DNA from: Candidatus Enterousia sp.
Lineage (GTDB): Bacteria; Pseudomonadota; Alphaproteobacteria; Rs-D84
Assembly (NCBI GenBank): GCA_045616625.1
Contig: JAZLHA010000012.1
Location: forward strand, 8,873-72,872
DNA: 64,000 nucleotides
Direction of reading: 5' to 3'
Below the pieces are notes generated by a model that did not search any database, was not told the origin of the DNA, and was given only the letters and a program-made list of their open reading frames with translations. A program made the translations under genes and the position numbers. Shown piece by piece: positions 41,126-50,514 of the stretch; position 1 is the stretch's first letter, and every line of letters starts with the position of its first letter.

Positions 41126-41563
41126 TTATTCGCCATAAACAATTTGAATAACATTATCATTATTGGTTTTATTACAAGAACCTGTTGCACCACCAATAGA
41201 ATCAGACCAACCCTTGGCCAACAATGCCTTGCAATCTGTTTCACTTAAACCCGTAATAGAAACAATAAATTGACGCGAATTCGATGGGTTCATAGATAAT
41301 TCATATACACCACCATACGGATTTTTATTTTTCATTCCGATAGCATCAAATGTTATAGAATTGTTTACAAAAGACAAATCATCGTGTTCTGCCGCCAATT
41401 GACGCACATTATTAACAATCTGCAACACTTGTTCCGTCACAGAATTCTGTTTTTGCATACGCATCGCGGAACTAATCATCAACGCCGCACCACCGGTTAT
41501 AATACCCATGATAGCTAGCACACCTAACATTTCAATCATTGAACGTCCAGATTCTTGTTTCAT
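41126..41563 (-). CDS. Type IV pilin-like protein (prepilin N-terminal methylation motif)
   Basis: MKQESG/RSMIEMLGVLAIMGIITGG, with Gly before the cleavage site, Glu at +5 and a hydrophobic helix. 145 aa. Confidence 0.75.
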   Translation of the reverse strand: MKQESGRSMIEMLGVLAIMGIITGGAALMISSAMRMQKQNSVTEQVLQIVNNVRQLAAEHDDLSFVNNSITFDAIGMKNKNPYGGVYELSMNPSNSRQFIVSITGLSETDCKALLAKGWSDSIGGATGSCNKTNNDNVIQIVYGE

Positions 41564-41613
41564 TTTTTCACCTCTGTTTGATATTTTATAAAATATATTC
41601 TATCATATTTATT

Positions 41614-43035
41614 ATGAATATTCAATTTTCAGATTTAATTGCTAATGCACCCCAATCGCCTGGAATATATAAAATGTTTTCCGCCGACGGGACACTTTTA
41701 TACATTGGCAAGGCTAAAAACCTGTCAAACCGGCTTAAACAGTATATTGATATCAAACAACTAGAACTGCACAAACAGGTTATGCGAACATTGGTAAGTC
41801 GTGTTGAATGGGAAATCGTTCCCACAGAATCTGATGCACTGATTCGGGAACAGGAACTAATAAAGACACTAAAACCCAAATACAACATCATGCTAACAGA
41901 CGGTAAAATGTATCCAATGTTAGCGCTAACAAATTCTGAATTTCCACGTTTACTAAAATTCCGCGGCAAAATTTCACAACGCCGCGATGTATTTGGACCA
42001 TATCCATCTGTATCTGCATTAAATGAAACGATAAAAACAATCCAAAAGGTTTGTGGACTGCGAACCTGTACTGATACTTTTATGAAGAACCGTTCACGTC
42101 CATGCCTGTTATACCAAATTGGACGATGTAGTGCACCATGCTGTATAGAGCAAAAAAATTATTCTGAAAGCGTTCATCTTGCACGACGTATTTTGACGGG
42201 CGATAGTGAACCTATTATTGCCGACCTATCCAAACAGATGAAAATTTATTCAGAAAAAATGGATTTTGAAAATGCTGCAATAATGCGTGATAAAATCGCC
42301 GCATTAACCAAAACATCGAATCGGGGACATTCAGTCCAGAAACATACATCAACAATAGATTGGAATAAATATGTATCAGAACTGGAACAATGGTTGGGTA
42401 TAAAAATTGAACGCGCCGGTGTTTTTGATAACTCGCATTTGTTTACCCAAAATCCAGTAGGTGCAATGATTGTATTCGGTCATGACGGTTTTATTAAATC
42501 AGATTACAGACATTTCAAATTACAAAACCGTTCTGTTGCCGGAAACGATATTGGTATGATGGCTGAATTTGTATCGCGTGCGGTATCATGCGGTCCAAAA
42601 CTAGATTTAATAATTGTTGATGGCGGCCCCGCACAATGGAGCATTGCGTATAAAACCGCACCAAACATACCGATTCTGGGTGTGACCAAGGGCGTTGTAC
42701 GAAATGGTGATGAACATTTTATTATGCCAAATGGGAATGAAAATTTTGACCTACCCAAAGATTCCGGTTTGTTTTTATTACTACGCGCGGTTCGTGACGA
42801 AGCACACAGATTCGTAATTACATATCATCGCACAACACGTGCGAAACAAATGACTGCATCAGTATTGGATGAAATTGATGGAATTGGCGCAAAACGCAAA
42901 CAGGCATTATTACAACATTTTGGTTCTGTGCGCGCCATCACAGATGCAACATTGGACGCCCTATTACATGTTCCGGGGCTTGGAAAATCTGCTGCAAAAA
43001 AAACATATGCATATTTTCATTCAGAAATGATATAA
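41614..43035 (+). CDS. uvrC: Excinuclease ABC subunit C (short, 473 aa)
   Basis: GIY-YIG N-terminus (SPGIYKMFSADGTLLYIGKAKNLSNRL), UVR motif (ENAAIMRDKIAAL) and C-terminal (HhH)2. Start at ATG 41614. Confidence 0.88.
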   Translation: MNIQFSDLIANAPQSPGIYKMFSADGTLLYIGKAKNLSNRLKQYIDIKQLELHKQVMRTLVSRVEWEIVPTESDALIREQELIKTLKPKYNIMLTDGKMYPMLALTNSEFPRLLKFRGKISQRRDVFGPYPSVSALNETIKTIQKVCGLRTCTDTFMKNRSRPCLLYQIGRCSAPCCIEQKNYSESVHLARRILTGDSEPIIADLSKQMKIYSEKMDFENAAIMRDKIAALTKTSNRGHSVQKHTSTIDWNKYVSELEQWLGIKIERAGVFDNSHLFTQNPVGAMIVFGHDGFIKSDYRHFKLQNRSVAGNDIGMMAEFVSRAVSCGPKLDLIIVDGGPAQWSIAYKTAPNIPILGVTKGVVRNGDEHFIMPNGNENFDLPKDSGLFLLLRAVRDEAHRFVITYHRTTRAKQMTASVLDEIDGIGAKRKQALLQHFGSVRAITDATLDALLHVPGLGKSAAKKTYAYFHSEMI

Positions 43036-43070
43036 TTATCGCATTCATAAATAAAGAAAGGAGTTTTATT

Positions 43071-43643
43071 ATGAAATTTTTTGTAAACTTTTTATCAGCA
43101 TTCCGTATTGCTGCATCATTTGCAATTATTCCAACATTATTGTTTGGATGGTGGTGGATATCTTTTATTTTATTTGTTTTGGGTGCAATGTCTGATTGGT
43201 TCGATGGCTTTTTAGCACGTAAATATAATGTATGCACAAAACTTGGGGGCGTAATGGATCACATCGGCGACAAACTAATTGTCGTAAATACATTTATTAT
43301 GTTGGCAATTATGTTTCGTGGTTGGCTAATGATAGTTCCTATTGTTTTAATGATTGCACGTGAATTATACATCAGTGGCTTGCGTGAATTTTTAGGAACA
43401 CAAAAAATAGAAATGCCTGTACCAAAGGCTCGTTTTTCAATGGGCAAGATTAAAACAACATTACAAATGATAACGATAGCCGCGCTTTTATTATCAGTCA
43501 CATTGCAATCATCACAATCTGAATATTGGTTCACTTTCAGATTGATTGGTATATTCGGCGTATGGTTTTCACTTGTTGCGTCACTGTGGTCTGCAACAGA
43601 ATATACATTTACATTTATTCAAAAATTAAAAAAGATAAAATAA
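43071..43643 (+). CDS. pgsA: CDP-diacylglycerol-glycerol-3-phosphate 3-phosphatidyltransferase
   Basis: CDP-alcohol phosphatidyltransferase motif ..DWFDGFLARKYNVCTKLGGVMDHIGDKL.. Confidence 0.88.
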   Translation: MKFFVNFLSAFRIAASFAIIPTLLFGWWWISFILFVLGAMSDWFDGFLARKYNVCTKLGGVMDHIGDKLIVVNTFIMLAIMFRGWLMIVPIVLMIARELYISGLREFLGTQKIEMPVPKARFSMGKIKTTLQMITIAALLLSVTLQSSQSEYWFTFRLIGIFGVWFSLVASLWSATEYTFTFIQKLKKIK

Positions 43644-43646
43644 AAA

Positions 43647-43668
43647 ACGCCCGATTGGGCGTTTTTTT
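43647..43668. terminator. Bidirectional rho-independent terminator
   Basis: acgccc-gatt-gggcgt flanked by aaaaa and ttttttt. Confidence 0.75.
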
Positions 43669-44158
43669 AACGTTGATTTTGATTTAACATATCAAGATAT
43701 TTTTGACGTTTTGCCATTTGATATTTCAAATCACGACGACTTGCGTGATTTAATCTAGCCTTTGCACTTTCAATATCTTTACCACAAAACATTATTTCAT
43801 TAGTAGGAAACAACATAATGCATGCGCTTTCCAAATCAGTTTTGTCACCGTAAACAACGATAGTTGACGCCAATTCTTCACCCATAACCTTGGACAAATT
43901 CTTATATGCACAAACCATATTATAGGCACCAGGATTTGGAAAATCTGTTAATTCTTTCCAAGCTTTGTCAGATTGAACATTTTCACCATCTATCGTTTTA
44001 ACAGCCAATTTAGTGTTAGGGCACAATTGCCACATAGTTTCATCCATCATTGTCTCAAATGTAATGACATAAGTATTTTTCAACTTTTTAGTTGGACCAA
44101 ACTTACGTTCCTGTGTCACAGGTGCAATTTCATTTTTTTTCTTACCGAATCCAAACAT
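43667..44158 (-). CDS. Hypothetical protein (163 aa)
   Basis: AAGGAG RBS before ATG 44158 (MFGFGKKKNEIAPV..). No recognisable motif. Confidence 0.6.
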   Translation of the reverse strand: MFGFGKKKNEIAPVTQERKFGPTKKLKNTYVITFETMMDETMWQLCPNTKLAVKTIDGENVQSDKAWKELTDFPNPGAYNMVCAYKNLSKVMGEELASTIVVYGDKTDLESACIMLFPTNEIMFCGKDIESAKARLNHASRRDLKYQMAKRQKYLDMLNQNQR

Positions 44159-44240
44159 ATTGAACTCCTTTTTAACTACATGCACAAATATAAGACAAAA
44201 ATATAAAATTGTCAAGCATTGTAAGAATTATCTATCTATC

Positions 44241-45368
44241 TTAAAACCAACCTTTCTTTTCTGGCTTGGCTCCAGCAAATTCAGACAAAATCCTTTTTTG
44301 CTTTTCTGAAAGTTTTGTTGGCACCTTCATAGAAATTTCAATATACAAATCACCAAAAGAACCGCTTCTGCGTGGATTCGGCATACCATGGGAACGCACA
44401 CGCAAACGGCTTCCAACCTGGGTTCCGGCCGGCACAGTCACAGATAGTTTTTTATCGTCAATAGTTTCAATTTCTATTTCGCCACCCAGCGCAAGCGTTG
44501 TAAACGGCACGTCAGCGCGCATTATCAAATCATTTTCATCGCGTTCAAATATTTTATCTTCACGAACACGAACATCAATGTAAAAGTCCCCAGGCGTTGC
44601 CCCATTTTGACCGGCCTCACCCTGACCCGCCAGGCGCAGACGCGTTCCATCCATAACCCCAGCTGGTATTTTAACCTCTAACGTACGTTGTTTATTTACT
44701 GTACCTGTTCCATCGCATTGTGAACATTTTTTATTTATTTTATGACCCAGTCCATTACATTCCGGACATGGCATTTCAACAGCAAAAAATCCCTGACGTC
44801 CCTGGACACTGCCAGACCCGTGACAACGCGGACAAATAGGCGCCTCTTTGCCATCGGATGTCCCAAAACCATGACATTTATCACATGTTACATTACTAGA
44901 AAAATTGACGGTATGTGTTGTTCCAAAATATGCTTCTTTTAAAGAGAGTGTCACAGAATCAAGCAAATCGCGACCACGTTGAGTCCCAGCATTATTACGA
45001 CCGCCACCCATATCGCCAAAGCCAAACCCACGCATCGCCTCACGCAATATATCTTCCATACCGGCACCACCACCCATATCAAAGTGAAAAGCACCATTTC
45101 CGAATGGATTACCACTACCGAATCCAGCACTTGCGCCATTACCCGCACCAAACGCCGCATCACCAAAACGATCATACGCCGCACGTTTTTGTGGGTCTTT
45201 CAGAATATCAAAGGCATTATTGACCTCTTTAAATTTTTCTTCGGCATCTTTATCACCCGGGTTTCTATCAGGATGATATTTCATAACCAACTTATGATAA
45301 GCCTTTTTGATTTCATCGTCAGATGCGTTTTTAGCAACACCCAAAATTTCATAGGGATTTTTATTCAT
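44241..45368 (-). CDS. dnaJ: Chaperone DnaJ
   Basis: J domain (..[16 protein letters not shown]..), G/F region, and four CxxCxGxG zinc-finger repeats. Confidence 0.96.
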   Translation of the reverse strand: MNKNPYEILGVAKNASDDEIKKAYHKLVMKYHPDRNPGDKDAEEKFKEVNNAFDILKDPQKRAAYDRFGDAAFGAGNGASAGFGSGNPFGNGAFHFDMGGGAGMEDILREAMRGFGFGDMGGGRNNAGTQRGRDLLDSVTLSLKEAYFGTTHTVNFSSNVTCDKCHGFGTSDGKEAPICPRCHGSGSVQGRQGFFAVEMPCPECNGLGHKINKKCSQCDGTGTVNKQRTLEVKIPAGVMDGTRLRLAGQGEAGQNGATPGDFYIDVRVREDKIFERDENDLIMRADVPFTTLALGGEIEIETIDDKKLSVTVPAGTQVGSRLRVRSHGMPNPRRSGSFGDLYIEISMKVPTKLSEKQKRILSEFAGAKPEKKGWF

Positions 45369-45487
45369 AATAGATATCCATTTTCTTTAACTGTTGCACT
45401 ATATATAATCTTATTATAATAAAAATCAAGGGCGACGATAAATCATACTTGCGAAAATTAAAAGAATGTTCTAATAATATAAACACT

Positions 45488-47467
45488 ATGACAGATAAAA
45501 ACACACATTCTTATGATGCATCAGACATTCAGGTATTGGAAGGATTGGAACCCGTCCGCCTACGTCCTGGGATGTATATCGGTGGCACTGATGAAAAGGC
45601 ATGGCACCACCTGCCCATTGAAATTATGGATAACTCTATTGACGAGGCGGTCGCCGGTTTTGCCAAAAAGATAGAGGTAAACCTTATCGATTCCAAAACC
45701 ATTGAAATTACCGATGATGGTCGTGGTATTCCTGTGGATGAACATCCGAAATATCCGGGTAAATCTGCACTAGAGGTTATTTTAACCACACTGCATTCCG
45801 GCGGTAAATTTAATAATAATGTTTATAAAACCAGTGGTGGTCTGCATGGCGTCGGCAGTGCGGTTGTTAATGCATTATCAAGTCAGATGATTGTGACCAT
45901 TTCGCGTGACGGTTATGAATGGCACCAGGCTTTTTCACGCGGACTTGCCACGACACCTATTACTCGTGGTAACCCGACCAAGAATCATGGAACACGTATT
46001 CGCTTTACATTGGATGATGAAATATTCGGTGCATCTGCTGTATTTAAACCAATAAAAATATATCGTATGGCGCGCGCCAAGGCATTTTTGTCCCGCGGGA
46101 TAAAGGTTGAATGGAAATGTAATCCGGAATTACTGACCGAAGATATGAACATTCCAGACACCAAAACATTTTATTATCCAAATGGTGTTGCAGATTTCTT
46201 GTCCGAAAAAACCGATTCTAAACCGCGTATTTTTCCACGTATTTTTAGTGGTAGTGTTGATTTCCCTGATGATTCTGGACGCGTTGAATGGGCACTTACA
46301 TTTTTAACCGATGAAAATGGTGCGGCATCTGACGACGGATTCTTTTCATCATACTGCAATACAATTTCAACAATTGACGGTGGCACACACGAAAGCGGTT
46401 TTAAGTCCGCTATCACCAAGGGATTAAAAGCATACGGTGAAAAAACCAACAACAAATCTGCCGCAACAATTGTGAGCGAGGATGTATTTGATTCCGCCGC
46501 CGCAATAGTATCTGTGTTTTACAAGACACCACAGTTTTTAGGTCAAACCAAGGAAAAGTTATCTAATCCAGAAATTGCCCGTTATACTGAAAACGCATTG
46601 CGCGATCCATGGGAAATGTTTTTGGCATCTGACCCAAAGACAGCAAATGCCCTGCTTGAATTTGTTGTGAATTTGGCGAACGCCCGTATTAAAACAAAAC
46701 AGGTAAAGGAAATCGCCCGCAAAACCCCAACCAAAAGAATTCGTATGCCATCAAAATTGGCAGACTGTTCCAAACATGGGATAGAGGGAACAGAATTATT
46801 TATTGTTGAGGGGGAATCGGCTGGTGGAACTGCAAAACAGGCACGCGACCGCGCAACCCAGGCAATCATGCCCCTGCGTGGTAAGGTATTAAATGTATTA
46901 TCAAATTCTGACGAACGTTTTAGTGCGAATCGTGAATTAAATGATTTGATTGATATTATTGGTGCCGGTACTGCCAAAGATTGGGATGATTCCAAACTGC
47001 GTTACGAAAAAATTATCGTTATGACCGATGCTGATGTTGACGGTTCACATATCGCATCATTACTGATGGCGTTTTTCTATCAATATATGCCACAACTAAT
47101 TTATGGGGGACATTTATATCTATCTTGCCCACCGTTGTATAAATTAACATACGGAACCGAATCGATGTATATTGATACCGATGAAGAACTTGAAGAATTA
47201 ACAAACGGCAAATACAAAAACAAAAAGGTTGAGATATCCCGATTTAAAGGTTTGGGCGAAATGATGCCGAATCAGTTAAAGGAAACAACCATGTCCCCAA
47301 AGACACGCCGGCTTATTCGTATTGAATTACCGCCACGCACCGACGATGGCGCCGAAGACACTGAAAAAACACGTACAATCGTAAACGAATTAATGGGCAA
47401 AAAACCAGAGTTCAGATTTAAGTTTATAACCGAACACGCTCAATTTGTAAAAGATTTGTTTGTATAA
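45488..47467 (+). CDS. parE: Type IIA topoisomerase ATPase subunit, most likely topoisomerase IV subunit B
   Basis: ..VLEGLEPVRLRPGMYIGGTDE...DNSIDEAVAG...EGESAGG...PLRGKVLNV.. About 660 aa, without the long GyrB insertion. C-terminal ..LMGKKPEFRFKFI.. Confidence 0.75.
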   Translation: MTDKNTHSYDASDIQVLEGLEPVRLRPGMYIGGTDEKAWHHLPIEIMDNSIDEAVAGFAKKIEVNLIDSKTIEITDDGRGIPVDEHPKYPGKSALEVILTTLHSGGKFNNNVYKTSGGLHGVGSAVVNALSSQMIVTISRDGYEWHQAFSRGLATTPITRGNPTKNHGTRIRFTLDDEIFGASAVFKPIKIYRMARAKAFLSRGIKVEWKCNPELLTEDMNIPDTKTFYYPNGVADFLSEKTDSKPRIFPRIFSGSVDFPDDSGRVEWALTFLTDENGAASDDGFFSSYCNTISTIDGGTHESGFKSAITKGLKAYGEKTNNKSAATIVSEDVFDSAAAIVSVFYKTPQFLGQTKEKLSNPEIARYTENALRDPWEMFLASDPKTANALLEFVVNLANARIKTKQVKEIARKTPTKRIRMPSKLADCSKHGIEGTELFIVEGESAGGTAKQARDRATQAIMPLRGKVLNVLSNSDERFSANRELNDLIDIIGAGTAKDWDDSKLRYEKIIVMTDADVDGSHIASLLMAFFYQYMPQLIYGGHLYLSCPPLYKLTYGTESMYIDTDEELEELTNGKYKNKKVEISRFKGLGEMMPNQLKETTMSPKTRRLIRIELPPRTDDGAEDTEKTRTIVNELMGKKPEFRFKFITEHAQFVKDLFV

Positions 47468-47472
47468 AAAAA

Positions 47473-47494
47473 ACGCCCAAACGGGCGTTTTTTT
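47473..47494. terminator. Bidirectional rho-independent terminator
   Basis: acgccc-aaac-gggcgt flanked by an A-run and a T-run. Confidence 0.75.
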
Positions 47495-48884
47495 ATTTTA
47501 ATCCAACACTAAATTGATCATCATATGAAGCAACGGTTTGACCACCAATTACACATTTTATATCTTCGAAACCATTTTTGACCTGACTCTTTTTCATAAC
47601 AGTACTGGTCACAACACCACCAACTGTTCCAAGAACAACAGCGGCAATTGAATCAGATGCTAAACGCGCAGTATTAAACTTACCTTCTGCATTTTTCCAT
47701 TTAGATGTATCAAATTTTGCTTCTATGTCTTCGATATTTTTAACAATACCACCAATAACACTATCAGCACTTTCAACACATGTTGAACCGTTCCAAGTAT
47801 GTTCAGACTGTTTACATACACACTTACCCTCTCTCCACTCTGCAACAGCAGATTGAGTAATACAAGCTTCATAGCCCACCGGAGATATACAATTTTGAGT
47901 AGTGTAATCAAATGTCTTATTACTATCATTACATATACATTCATTTTCTATCGCATTCCACGTAGCAATACTAGTTGCGCTATCACATATCTGTTTTTTT
48001 CTAGCTTCATCTGTCAATTCACATTGTTTTGTTGAAGAATCAAAATCATAGTCAGCACTTTCACAGATACACGCACCATTATTACTTAGTTTTAAATGTT
48101 TAGCAGCGGCGCAAGAACAGCTACTACCATTCCAACTACCACCAGAATTTACACATTTTTCCCTGGCTGATTGTGCCGCCTTGTTATAACAACCCTGGAC
48201 TTTATTACTATACCAACTATATGCACCATCCAAACATTCACAAGAATACTTATCAACAGTTTGTTTTATATTTTTACTTGAATCACAAGTACATGTCTTA
48301 TTACTTTCCCATTTACCACCAGTCGCTTCACAACTAGATTTTTTCCCAACACATGTGTTGTCTATATATACTTGATCTGCAGTACACAAAGTATCTGGTG
48401 GCACACACTCTGTTTTGTCGACATTAGGAACAAAACCAGGATTACACTTTACCATTATACAAGAAGCACTTCCTTCAAAAACATTCCAATCGCCTAAATC
48501 TTTCGGAGCTGTTGCCCTTCCAACAAGAGAAAATGTCTTTTTAGCATTAGCCAATTTTATTCCTTTAAGTCCATTAGAATGTTTCAAATCAGAATTATCA
48601 CAAAATCTACCTGGTTCATAATTAACAAACTTATTAAGAACACCACTAGAACACTGGTATAACTCAATCACATCCCCAACGCCATCATAATATGGAACAA
48701 CATCATGATTACCACAACTGTTTGGCCCTGGCCCGCAGTACCAACACTGATCTTGTCCCACATCAGCAGTCAGACTAGCATTAATCTCTCCAATCCAGGT
48801 TGCGCCACAAGATAGTAATCTACACCCAGACCAAGCATTTTCTGCAACAACCAAACCTAAAACCAATACAAATAATTTTTTCAT
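47493..48884 (-). CDS. Cys-rich, C-terminally membrane-anchored exported protein (463 aa)
   Basis: GAGGGGA RBS, signal peptide MKKLFVLVLGLVVAENAWS, about 33 Cys, repeated W-x3-5-C-x-C modules, and TM helix IAAVVLGTVGGVVTSTV near the C-terminus. Confidence 0.7.
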   Translation of the reverse strand: MKKLFVLVLGLVVAENAWSGCRLLSCGATWIGEINASLTADVGQDQCWYCGPGPNSCGNHDVVPYYDGVGDVIELYQCSSGVLNKFVNYEPGRFCDNSDLKHSNGLKGIKLANAKKTFSLVGRATAPKDLGDWNVFEGSASCIMVKCNPGFVPNVDKTECVPPDTLCTADQVYIDNTCVGKKSSCEATGGKWESNKTCTCDSSKNIKQTVDKYSCECLDGAYSWYSNKVQGCYNKAAQSAREKCVNSGGSWNGSSCSCAAAKHLKLSNNGACICESADYDFDSSTKQCELTDEARKKQICDSATSIATWNAIENECICNDSNKTFDYTTQNCISPVGYEACITQSAVAEWREGKCVCKQSEHTWNGSTCVESADSVIGGIVKNIEDIEAKFDTSKWKNAEGKFNTARLASDSIAAVVLGTVGGVVTSTVMKKSQVKNGFEDIKCVIGGQTVASYDDQFSVGLK

Positions 48885-48948
48885 AATTATTTCCCCTCGT
48901 ACTTTATTATTGTAAATTATAACACAAAACAAAGGTTATTACAAAACA

Positions 48949-50208
48949 TTATTTGCATTCAGATATAAATTGGCTTATTTGGGCACTTAATACCAAATCA
49001 GACACTTTTTGCTTTTCAATTTGGCGAATTGCATATAGAACAGATGCATGATCACGACCGCCAACATACGCACCAATTTCAGAAAGTGATAACGATGTTG
49101 CATTTTTCAACACAACCATCATAATTTGGCGTGCCATAACCAAACTGCGCGCACGTCCATTACCACAAATCGCATCGTATGACACCCCCAATTTTTCACA
49201 CATTGATTTAACCATTGAAATTGGTGTCTTGAATTTTTCCAATGTATCCGCCAATAAACGTTCTGCGATATTGATATCAACATCACAACCCATCAATTCA
49301 GAATATGTTTTGATTTTATTTGCAACACCCGCAATCATATGACCATCATTTGCAACACGCGATGCAATCTGGGTCGCCAAACTATGTGACAAACCACCAC
49401 GCACCAATAGGGTTTGTTTTACATTTGTATCCGGTGCAACAACATTTGCAACCAAGCCCGATGCCAACAATGATTGTGTCCTGCGGTCAAAACCAGATAA
49501 ATTATTTGGCGCACAATTAGCAGTCAAAACAATGTTTTTACCCGCGCAACGCAAATCAACAATCAATTGTAAAAATTCATCGGTTGATGCACGTTTTCCG
49601 GATAACGCCTGAACATCGTCCATAATAAATGTATCACAATTACGGCAGAAATCTTTGAATGCGAAAATTGTACGATTCTGTAAACTGCGTGTGAATTCGG
49701 CAACAAATTGTGCGCCCGTCATCATAACAACGCGTTGCGCAGTCGAACGGATACAATCTGCAAGCAATGTTTTACCGCAACCAGACGGTCCATAAATAAA
49801 CAGCGGGGAAAATGTCACTGAACCTGCCGCTATTTTTTTGCATGCCGACAAAACAAATTCATTATCAGAACATGATACAAAAGAATCAAATGCAACCGTA
49901 TTGTCAAGTGTTGGTGCCGGTGCATAAACAACCGCCTTGTTATCGTTGGCGACAGATTTTTTGGAAATACCACAAACAGACATTGATACAGACAAACCAT
50001 ACGCACCAGCAATTTCATTTATCAATGCACCATATACAGAATTTATATAGTCTGCAGAAAACTGATTTTGTGCAACTAAATTTAAAACGTTATCGGAAAT
50101 TTCAAAAGATAAAGGTTCAATCCAAGAAGTAAAAGCAGCAGAATCTATTTTGGCGGCGATGCCCCCTTTGATTGTTTGGACATCAATCTTTACTGCTGTT
50201 GCCTGCAT
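48949..50208 (-). CDS. dnaA: Chromosomal replication initiator DnaA (divergent)
   Basis: AAA+ core ..LFIYGPSGCGKTLL.., ..FIMDDVQ.., and C-terminal HTH ..ARQIMMVVLKNATSLSLSEIGAYVGGRDHASVLYAIRQIE.. Confidence 0.8.
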   Translation of the reverse strand: MQATAVKIDVQTIKGGIAAKIDSAAFTSWIEPLSFEISDNVLNLVAQNQFSADYINSVYGALINEIAGAYGLSVSMSVCGISKKSVANDNKAVVYAPAPTLDNTVAFDSFVSCSDNEFVLSACKKIAAGSVTFSPLFIYGPSGCGKTLLADCIRSTAQRVVMMTGAQFVAEFTRSLQNRTIFAFKDFCRNCDTFIMDDVQALSGKRASTDEFLQLIVDLRCAGKNIVLTANCAPNNLSGFDRRTQSLLASGLVANVVAPDTNVKQTLLVRGGLSHSLATQIASRVANDGHMIAGVANKIKTYSELMGCDVDINIAERLLADTLEKFKTPISMVKSMCEKLGVSYDAICGNGRARSLVMARQIMMVVLKNATSLSLSEIGAYVGGRDHASVLYAIRQIEKQKVSDLVLSAQISQFISECK

Positions 50209-50514
50209 GCCTTTTCTCCTTTCCTTCCGTTCAAGAGTTAATCGTGCAAGAGTATAAAATACACCCGCACATAAACGCTAAATTTTACCGGTACAGATAA
50301 AATTAAGTGTTTATGTTGTTTTCCTTTTCACCCTCTCGCTTGTGTTTTGTGTTTGACTTAAAAACATTGTCTTAACACGTCAAACAATTTAGAAAATTTA
50401 TTTGCGTTTACAACAAATTTTTAACAACTTTTTAAACATTTATTTTTTGACAAGAATTCGTTTTTGCATTTGTTTTTCGCGGTTTGTATATACATTGTAT
50501 TGACAATATTTATA

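Noticed and set aside
45488-47467. This gene could be gyrB rather than parE, since it lies near dnaA and dnaN.
   Set aside because: At about 660 aa it lacks the large proteobacterial GyrB insertion. It has the GGTDE and LMGKKPEFRFKFI motifs I associate with alphaproteobacterial ParE. I kept it as parE at moderate confidence; a phylogeny would settle it.
50209-50514. Canonical DnaA boxes (TTATCCACA) upstream of dnaA.
   Set aside because: The best matches seen by eye (ttatctgta, tgtgttttg) have only 5-6 of 9 positions. The region is therefore reported only as a low-confidence origin candidate.
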